From Eledone cirrhosa (Eukaryota), in NCBI GenBank assembly GCA_964016885.1, contig OZ024747.1, forward strand, positions 59,582,001 through 59,646,000: 64,000 nt of DNA. The letters run 5' to 3'. Below the pieces are notes generated by a model. The model ran no database searches. It was not told the DNA's origin and was given only the letters and a program-made list of their open reading frames with translations. The position numbers were made by a program, and so were the translations under genes. Of this stretch, positions 53,878-64,000 are shown piece by piece. Numbering within the stretch: position 1 is the first letter of the stretch; each line of letters opens with the position of its first letter.

Positions 53878-56800
53878 CAGAAGTAGCATCTGGCTGTAGA
53901 AAACTTACTATAAAACTTCTCATCTGACCCATGCAAGTATGGGCTGACATCAGATGTAGCATCTGACATCAGATGTAGAAGACTTGGTAGAAAACATTTT
54001 GTTGGCATCAGAAGTATAGCATCTAACTATAGAAAACTTACTATAAAACATCTCATCCACCCCATTACAACATGTGCTGACGTCAGATATAGCATCTAAC
54101 TGTAGAAAACTTACTATAAAACATCTCATCCACCCCATTACAGCATGTGCTGACGTCAGATATAGCATCTAACTGTAGAAAACTTACTATCAAACATCTC
54201 ATCCACCCCATTACAGCATGTGCTGACGTCAGATATAGCATCTAACTGTAGAAAACTTACTATAAAACATCTCATCCACCCCATTACAACATGTGCTGAC
54301 GTCAGATATAGCATCTAACTGTAGAAAACTTACTATAAAACATCTCATCCACCCCACTACAACATGTGCTAACGTCAGATATAGCATCTAACTGTAGAAA
54401 ACTTACTATAAAACACCTCATCCACCCCATTACAGCATGTGCTGATGTCAGATATAGCATCTAACTGTAGAAAACTTACTATAAAACATCTCATCCACCC
54501 CATTACAACATGTGCTGATGTCAGATATAGCATCTAACTGTAGAAAACTTACTATAAAACATCTCATCCACCCCATTACAACATGTGCTGATGTCAGATA
54601 TAGCATCTAACTGTAGAAAACTTACTATAAAACATCTCATCCACCCCATTACAACATGTGCTGACGTCAGATATAGCATCTAACTGTAGAAAACTTACTA
54701 TAAAACATCTCATCCACCCCATTACAACATGTGCTGATGTCAGATATAGCATCTAACTGTAGAAAACTTACTATAAAACATCTCATCCACCCCATTACAA
54801 CATGTGCTGACGTCAGATATAGCATCTAACTGTAGAAAACTTACTATAACACATCTCATCCACCCCATTACAACATGTGCTGACGTCAGATATAGCATCT
54901 AACTGTAGAAAACTTACTATAAAACACCTCATCCACCCCATTACAGCATGTGCTGATGTCAGATATAGCATCTAACTGTAGAAAACTTACTATAAAACAT
55001 CTCATCCACCCCACTACAACATGTGCTGACGTCAGATATAGCATCTAACTGTAGAAAACTTACTATAAAACATCTCATCCACCCCACTACAACATGTGCT
55101 GACGTCAGATATAGCATCTAACTGTAGAAAACTTACTATAAAACATCTCATCCACCCCATTACAACATGGGCTGATGTCAGATATAGCACCTAACTGTAG
55201 AAAACTTACTATAAAACACCTCATCCACCCCATTACAGCATGTGCTGATGTCAGATATAGCATCTAACTGTAGAAAACTTACTATAAAACATCTCATCCA
55301 CCCCACTACAACATGGGCTGACGTCAGATATAGCATCTAACTGTAGAAAACTTACTATAAAACATCTCATCCACCCCATTACAACATGGGCTGATGTCAG
55401 ATGTAGCATCTAACTGTAGAAAACTTACTATAAAACATCTCATCCACCCCATTACAACATGTGCTGATGTCAGATATAGCATCTAACTGTAGAAAACTTA
55501 CTATAAAACATCTCATCCACCCCATTACAACATGGGCTGATGTCAGATATAGCATCTAACTGTAGAAAACTTACTATAAAACATCTCATCCACCCCACTA
55601 CAACATGTGCTGATGTCAGATATAGCATCTAACTGTAGAAAACTTACTATAAAACATCTCATCCACCCCATTACAACATGTGCTGATGTCAGATATAGCA
55701 TCTAACTGTAGAAAACTTACTATAAAACATCTCATCCACCCCATTACAGCATGGGCTGATGTCAGATGTAGCATCTAACTGTAGAAAACTTACTATAAAA
55801 CATCTCATCCACCCCATTACAGCATGTGCTGACGTCAGATATAGCATCTAACTGTAGAAAACTTACTATAAAACATCTCATCCACCCCATTACAGCATGG
55901 GCTGATGTCAGATATAGCATCTAACTGTAGAAAACTTACTATAAAACATCTCATCCACCCCATTACAACATGTGCTGATGTCAGATATAGCATCTAACTG
56001 TAGAAAACTTACTATAAAACATCTCATCCACCCCATTACAGCATGGGCTGATGTCAGATATAGCATCTAACTGTAGAAAACTTACTATAAAACATCTCAT
56101 CCACCCCATTACAACATGTGCTGATGTCAGATATAGCATCTAACTGTAGAAAACTTACTATAAAACATCTCATCCACCCCATTACAGCATGTGCTGATGT
56201 CAGATATAGCATCTAACTGTAGAAAACTTACTATAAAACATCTCATCCACCCCATTACAGCATGTGCTGACGTCAGATATAGCATCTAACTGTAGAAAAC
56301 TTACTATAAAACATCTCATCCACCCCATTACAGCATGTGCTGATGTCAGATATAGCATCTAACTGTAGAAAACTTACTATAAAACATCTCATCCACCCCA
56401 TTACAGCATGTGCTGACGTCAGATATAGCATCTAACTGTAGAAAACTTACTATAAAACATCTCATCCACCCCATTACAGCATGTGCTGATGTCAGATATA
56501 GCATCTAACTGTAGAAAACTTACTATAAAACATCTCATCCACCCCATTACAACATGTGCTGATGTCAGATATAGCATCTAACTGTAGAAAACTTACTATA
56601 AAACATCTCATCCACCCCATTACAGCATGTGCTGACGTCAGATATAGCATCTAACTGTAGAAAACTTACTATAAAACATCTCATCCACCCCATTACAGCA
56701 TGGGCTGATGTCAGATATAGCATCTAACTGTAGAAAACTTACTATAAAACATCTCATCCACCCCATTACAGCATGTGCTGATGTCAGATGTAGCATCTAA

Positions 56801-59800
56801 CTGTAGAAAACTTACTATAAAACATCTCATCCACCCCATTACAACATGTGCTGATGTCAGATATAGCATCTAACTGTAGAAAACTTACTATAAAACATCT
56901 CATCCACCCCATTACAACATGTGCTGATGTCAGATATAGCATCTAACTGTAGAAAACTTACTATAAAACATCTCATCCACCCCATTACAGCATGGGCTGA
57001 TGTCAGATATAGCATCTAACTGTAGAAAACTTACTATAAAACATCTCATCCACCCCATTACAACATGTGCTGATGTCAGATATAGCATCTAACTATAGAA
57101 AACTTACTATAAAACATCTCATCCACCCCATTACAACATGTGCTGATGTCAGATATAGCATCTAACTGTAGAAAACTTACTATAAAACATCTCATCCACC
57201 CCATTACAACATGTGCTGATGTCAGATATAGCATCTAACTGTAGAAAACTTACTATAAAACATCTCATCCACCCCACTACAGCATGGGCTGATGTCAGAT
57301 ATAGCATCTAACTGTAGAAAACTTACTATAAAACATCTCATCCACCCCATTACAGCATGTGCTGATGTCAGATATAGCATCTAACTGTAGAAAACTTACT
57401 ATAAAACATCTCATCCACCCCATTACAGCATGTGCTGATGTCAGATATAGCATCTAACTGTAGAAAACTTACTATAAAACATCTCATCCACCCCATTACA
57501 ACATGGGCTGATGTCAGATATAGCATCTAACTGTAGAAAACTTACTATAAAACATCTCATCCACCCCATTACAGCATGTGCTGATGTCAGATATAGCATC
57601 TAACTGTAGAAAACTTACTATAAAACACCTCATCCACCCCATTACAGCATGGGCTGACGTCAGATATAGCATCTAACTGTAGAAAACTTACTATAAAACA
57701 CCTCATCCACCCCATTACAGCATGGGCTGATATCAGATGTAGCATCTAACTGTAGAAAACTTACTATAAAACATCTCATCCACCCCATTACAGCATGTGC
57801 TGATGTCAGATATAGCATCTAACTGTAGAAAACTTACTATAAAACACCTCATCCACCCCATTACAGCATGGGCTGACGTCAGATATAGCATCTAACTGTA
57901 GAAAACTTACTATAAAACACCTCATCCACCCCATTACAGCATGGGCTGATATCAGATGTAGCATCTAACTGTAGAAAACTTACTATAAAACATCTCATCC
58001 ACCCCATTACAGCATGTGCTGATGTCAGATATAGCATCTAACTGTAGAAAACTTACTATAAAACATCTCATCCACCCCATTACAACATGTGCTGACGTCA
58101 GATATAGCATCTAACTGTAGAAAACTTACTATAAAACATCTCATGCACCCCATTACAGCATGTGCTGACGTCAGATATAGCATCTAACTGTAGAAAACTT
58201 ACTATAAAACACCTCATCCACCCCATTACAGCATGTGCTGATGTCAGATATAGCATCTAACTGTAGAAAACTTACTATAAAACATCTCATCCACCCCATT
58301 ACAGCATGGGCTGATGTCAGATATAGCATCTAACTGTAGAAAACTTACTATAAAACATCTCATCCACCCCATTACAGCATGTGCTGATGTCAGATATAGC
58401 ATCTAACTGTAGAAAACTTACTATAAAACACCTCATCCACCCCATTACAGCATGTGCTGATGTCAGATATAGCATCTAACTGTAGAAAACTTACTATAAA
58501 ACATCTCATCCACCCCATTACAACATGGGCTGATGTCAGATATAGCATCTAACTGTAGAAAACTTACTATAAAACATCTCATCCACCCCATTACAGCATG
58601 TGCTGATGTCAGATATAGCATCTAACTGTAGAAAACTTACTATAAAACACCTCATCCACCCCATTACAGCATGTGCTGACGTCAGATATAGCATCTAACT
58701 GTAGAAAACTTACTATAAAACATCTCATCCACCCCATTACAGCATGTGCTGATGTCAGATATAGCATCTAACTGTAGAAAACTTACTATAAAACATCTCA
58801 TCCACCCCATTACAGCATGTGCTGATGTCAGATATAGCATCTAACTGTAGAAAACTTACTATAAAACATCTCATCCACCCCATTACAACATGGGCTGATG
58901 TCAGATGTAGCATCTAACTGTAGAAAACTTACTATAAAACATCTCATCCACCCCATTACAGCATGTGCTGATGTCAGATATAGCATCTAACTGTAGAAAA
59001 CTTACTATAAAACATCTCATCCACCCCATTACAACATGGGCTGATGTCAGATGTAGCATCTAACTGTAGAAAACTTACTATAAAACATCTCATCCACCCC
59101 ATTACAGCATGTGCTGATGTCAGATATAGCATCTAACTGTAGAAAACTTACTATAAAACATCTCATCCACCCCATTACAACATGGGCTGATGTCAGATGT
59201 AGCATCTAACTGTAGAAAACTTACTATAAAACATCTCATCCACCCCATTACAGCATGTGCTGATGTCAGATATAGCATCTAACTGTAGAAAACTTACTAT
59301 AAAACATCTCATCCACCCCATTACAGCATGTGCTGATGTCAGATATAGCATCTAACTGTAGAAAACTTACTATAAAACATCTCATCCACCCCATTACAAC
59401 ATGGGCTGATGTCAGATGTAGCATCTAACTGTAGAAAACTTACTATAAAACATCTCATCCACCCCATTACAGCATGTGCTGACGTCAGATATAGCATCTA
59501 ACTGTAGAAAACTTACTATAAAACATCTCATCCACCCCATTACAGCATGTGCTGATGTCAGATATAGCATCTAACTGTAGAAAACTTACTATAAAACATC
59601 TCATCCACCCCATTACAGCATGTGCTGATGTCAGATATAGCATCTAACTGTAGAAAACTTACTATAAAACATCTCATCCACCCCATTACAGCATGTGCTG
59701 ATGTCAGATATAGCATCTAACTGTAGAAAACTTACTATAAAACATCTCATCCACCCCATTACAGCATGTGCTGATGTCAGATATAGCATCTAACTGTAGA

Positions 59801-60590
59801 AAACTTACTATAAAACATCTCATCCACCCCATTACAGCATGTGCTGATGTCAGATATAGCATCTAACTGTAGAAAACTTACTATAAAACATCTCATCCAC
59901 CCCATTACAGCATGTGCTGATGTCAGATATAGCATCTAACTGTAGAAAACTTACTATAAAACATCTCATCCACCCCATTACAGCATGTGCTGATGTCAGA
60001 TATAGCATCTAACTGTAGAAAACTTACTATAAAACATCTCATCCACCCCATTACAGCATGTGCTGATGTCAGATATAGCATCTAACTGTAGAAAACTTAC
60101 TATAAAACATCTCATCCACCCCATTACAACATGTGCTGATGTCAGATATAGCATCTAACTATAGAAAACTTACTATAAAACATCTCATCCACCCCATTAC
60201 AGCATGTGCTGATGTCAGATATAGCATCTAACTGTAGAAAACTTACTATAAAACATCTCATCCACCCCATTACAGCATGTGCTGATGTCAGATATAGCAT
60301 CTAACTATAGAAAACTTACTATAAAACATCTCATCCACCCCATTACAGCATGTGCTGATGTCAGATATAGCATCTAACTGTAGAAAACTTACTATAAAAC
60401 ATCTCATCCACCCCATTACAGCATGTGCTGATGTCAGATATAGCATCTAACTGTAGAAAACTTACTATAAAACATCTCATCCACCCCATTACAGCATGTG
60501 CTGATGTCAGATATAGCATCTAACTGTAGAAAACTTACTATAACACATCTCATCCACCCCATGCAAACATGGGAAGATGGACATAAAAAC
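53878..60590 (+). repeat. 73-bp satellite, ~90 copies, derived from a retroposon 3' tail
   Basis: unit gcatctaactgtagaaaacttactataaaacatctcatccaccccattacagcatgtgctgatgtcagatata; period 73 (54092->54165). Confidence 0.97.
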
Positions 60591-61408
60591 AGTGTCAATG
60601 CTGTCACTGATGACAACAATGATGATTTTTGTAAAACTTAACTTCCAAACAAATTAAAATGTTTGATTTATTTCTGTTTCATTTATTGTACAATTCAAGA
60701 TTAGTTTAATAAAATCATTGATTCCACAGCACTCCTTTTGTAAAGACATTTGATTTATTGCAATAGAATTAGAAACAATTCTATAAAGATATTAATAGAT
60801 CTGTCAAAATATGGCTGTTATTGTAGTTTTTTTTTAATAAGAAAAGTGAAATAACATAAATCTTGCAGAGTTTCTTTCAATATCTAAACAAGACTGACTG
60901 CTATTTCTTAAGCTATTTTCTGTAGCTTTTATATATGCACAGGTTTCTGCAAAGCTGGTAATAGTTCCAGGCTAGATGTAAGCTAGTAATAGGCCAGGTC
61001 AATTATGAAATATAAGCCCCAAAAGTTGTTAATAAGACTAGATCAGTTGTGAAATGTAAGGGCCCCAAAGTTTGTAATAAGCCCCCCCCCCCCCCCCCCC
61101 AAACCAGATGTAAGCCCAGGTCAATTATGAAATATAGGCCACCAAAGCTAAGCCCAGATAAGATGTGAAATGTAAAGATAAAAAAATCAGATGTAAAATG
61201 TAAAATCCCCTCCAAAGCCACTAATAGGCCCAGGCCTAAATAGGAAATGGCTAAATGCAAAATGTGGGCCAACAAACCTGGTAAAAGCTCAAGCCAGATG
61301 TAAAATGAAGCACCTCATTCCCGGAGAGGACCCATATAAGCATGGAGAAGAGGACATAAAATGAGGATGATGAGACTTGCTGTGTAGATTGTCTCTCCAA
61401 CAGAGCAA

Positions 61409-62048
61409 TCATCTCTAGTGTGTGACGTCATCACCCCTTCCTTCCTCAGTCATCTCTAGTGTGTGAAGTCATCACCCCTTCCTTCCGCAGTCATCTCTTG
61501 TGTGTGACGTCATCACCCCTTCCTTCCTCAGTCATCTCTAGTGTGTGAAGTCATCACCCCTTCCTTCCGCAGTCATCTCTTGTGTGTGACGTCATCACCC
61601 CTTCCTTCCGCAGTCATCTCTTGTGTGTGACGTCATCACCCCTTCCTTCCTCAGTCATCTCTAGTGTGTGACGTTATCACCCTTCCTTCCTCAGTCATCT
61701 CTAGTGTGTGACGTCATCACCCCTTCCTTCCTCACTCATCTCTAGTGTGTGACGCCAACAACCCCTTCCTTCCTCACTCATCTCTAGTGTGTGACGCCAA
61801 CAACCCCTTCCTTCCTCACTCATCTCTAGTGTGTGACGCCAACAACCCCTTCCTTCCTCAGTCATCTCTAGCGCGTGACGCCATCACCCTTTCCTTCCTC
61901 AGTCATCTCTAGTGTGTGACGTCATCACCCCTTCCTTCCTCACTCATCTCTAGCTAGTGTGTGACGCCAACAACCCCTTCCTTCCTCAGTCATCTCTAGC
62001 GCGTGACGCCATCACCCTTTCCTTCCTCAGTCATCTCTAGTGTGTGAC
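61409..62048. repeat. 41-bp minisatellite, ~15 copies
   Basis: tcatctctagtgtgtgacgtcatcaccccttccttcctcag. Confidence 0.95.
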
Positions 62049-64000
62049 AGATGGACAGAAGTCGCTCAAATTTATATATAGAAGACCAACAGTTGCTCAT
62101 GCATGCAAGTCTCCCCTTCCCCCCTCACTGATATTGCCCAACACACCTTGATATCAATATCATCAGAGACAAACTCATGCAACGGGCCAAAAGGAGTACT
62201 GTAAGATGCTCTAACAATTCTGTTATTTCAGTCTTTCTGACTGGTACATTTATGTATTGTCCCACCCTACTCCCATCTCTCAAAGAATAAAAATTGAAGT
62301 TGACCTCAGTGGGATTTGAACTCAACACCTGAGGTATTTGATGACTTTACCAATTCCTTAATTTTCAACAAGGTTAGGGTTTTAAAAACCAGCAGGTTAT
62401 TGTTTTAATGAAGGATGTATCTCAATAGGCTTTCTTACTATCATTTAAATTAGAAAATAGTAAGAATTCAAAAGACAATAGAGACTCTAGAAATTTCCAT
62501 TCAATTTCTATTCATTACTCAATAATTGACATTTTAGCTTCCAATTTCCCACAAACTGGATGAGTAAGCATTTTTTTTGTTCTCTTTTGTCATTAAAAAA
62601 AAATTATTTTATCAACTTCGAAATTATCTTTCGGAATTGATTATTATTTATTGTAAGATTACCTCCCTTGATAGTGTTCCCCAAAATAGAAAGCAAATTA
62701 CTCTTCTGTAACTTATTCTAAATTACCTATACACTTTAAGCTTTGTTACTGTAAATTTATTAGAAATACTTTGTAAAGGTCTTTGTCTACCATATTAAAC
62801 TTCCTTAATATGAAATAGCACTGCTTTGTTTTCAGTTGGAAAAAGTAAGGAAGGATGAAAACCTTATGAAAGTGGGCTATCTACTTAGTGATATTGTCGA
62901 TATTCATTTTAACTAATATATTCTTTCTTGCCTCATTATTATGTAGCTTTACTGAAATAATACATTCTTCATATTATATACAAATTTAATTATCATTAAA
63001 TGTGTCTTTATTCATTCTGTAAAACACACACACACCACCCACAACTTTGAGATAATTAAAATTGTTATATATATATATATGTGTGTGTTTTTTATGTTAC
63101 TATTTTACTATAGTGTGTTCTTCCCCTTTCCTTTTCTCTTCAGAAATTATTAGTTTTTAAAGCTTTATAATCAATGAAGGACAGCAACAATAAGAAGGAA
63201 TTTTTGTTTCGGCTTACTGGAAATAAATGGCAAAAGGAATAATTTAATAAAAGTCTGAGTAATTCTTGTGTATAGGATCGGAGGCACCATATCTATGCAG
63301 TGCACTGTTGTTCTGTTGTATTCATCACTGATACCATTCTATTGGCATGGCTTTAAAAATAAAATCGTTTTTATCTGGCGAAGCTGTAATGCCATAGCTG
63401 GAATTGCAATGTAATTTATTCTAAGCCATGAGCTATTTATGAAGAGAATCAGCTAGGCAACCAGATGCAATTTAGTTGTAGTTCTCCAAATCAAGATTCC
63501 TTTTTCTGCCACCATTCTTTGTTATTCCCATTCTAACATAGCAGAAGACAGCATCAATTTATTTTTACACTAAATCAAAAGCAATTTTAAACCTTTTGAC
63601 ATTGTTTCTTTTCTTTTCACATCAATTACTTAAAAAGTTTTCGATTTATTTTAGAAAAAAAAAAACGTAGTAAAACAACAACAACAAACGAGAAAGGTAA
63701 AATAAATAGAATTGGTTGAGTATCTTTTTCTTTCTAAATTATGGTAATGTTAAGATATTCCCTGGTAGCTATTAATCTCTGGTTTCGTGTCACTCTTAGA
63801 AAGCCGCCACCCCACACCCCACCCTCAAGATTAGTTATTGTTTTCTGGTTACTAATACCTTTTATCAATAGAGACAAGCGGAAATCTTAGCTAAAATGTG
63901 ATAGTTATTACCCTACAGCTAGAATCACTTCTATTATTTATTGATTTATTCCTGCTGTTTGTGTGTGGGGAGTGGGTGGAGTGATGAGGAAGAAGTCTTT

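Noticed and set aside
53878-60590. CRISPR-like or tRNA-gene array (73-bp period)
   Set aside because: The units are wholly repeated with only SNP variation, and show no cloverleaf or A/B boxes.
60960-61310. Degenerate gccagatgtaa/aggccc repeats
   Set aside because: Too diverged to define a unit reliably by eye.
63120-63245. Strong splice acceptor (polypyrimidine + cag)
   Set aside because: All three frames stop within 30 nt; it could be a non-coding exon but is unsupported without RNA data.

Overview
AT-rich, repeat-dominated eukaryotic DNA with no supportable host protein-coding gene. The SINE families, the (ATG)n-tailed RTE LINE remnants and the dense (TA)n/(CA)n microsatellites look like octopus (coleoid cephalopod) DNA; this is an inference. 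About 28 kb is tandem repeat: a 42-bp array (5.0-6.0 kb), a 17-kb two-monomer array with nested 516/2775/5688-bp higher-order repeats (8.0-25.2 kb), a 30/34-bp array (40.0-42.2 kb), a 73-bp satellite that grew out of a retroposon 3' tail (53.9-60.6 kb) and a 41-bp array (61.4-62.0 kb). Between the arrays lie tRNA-derived SINEs, RTE-clade LINE fragments (one with a twin-priming-type 5' inversion), a decayed DD37D/maT Tc1-mariner element, four TTAA-flanked MITEs, and a hAT MITE containing a nested Helitron. The most notable signal is seven minimal type-I hammerhead-ribozyme-like cores (CUGANGA..GAAA..UH). They have different sequences, and several sit in short foldback modules next to AATAAA, which is the architecture of Penelope-like element termini or retrozyme-like non-autonomous elements. 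Almost all ORFs in the supplied track are repeat artefacts. All calls were made by eye; no database search or folding program was run.
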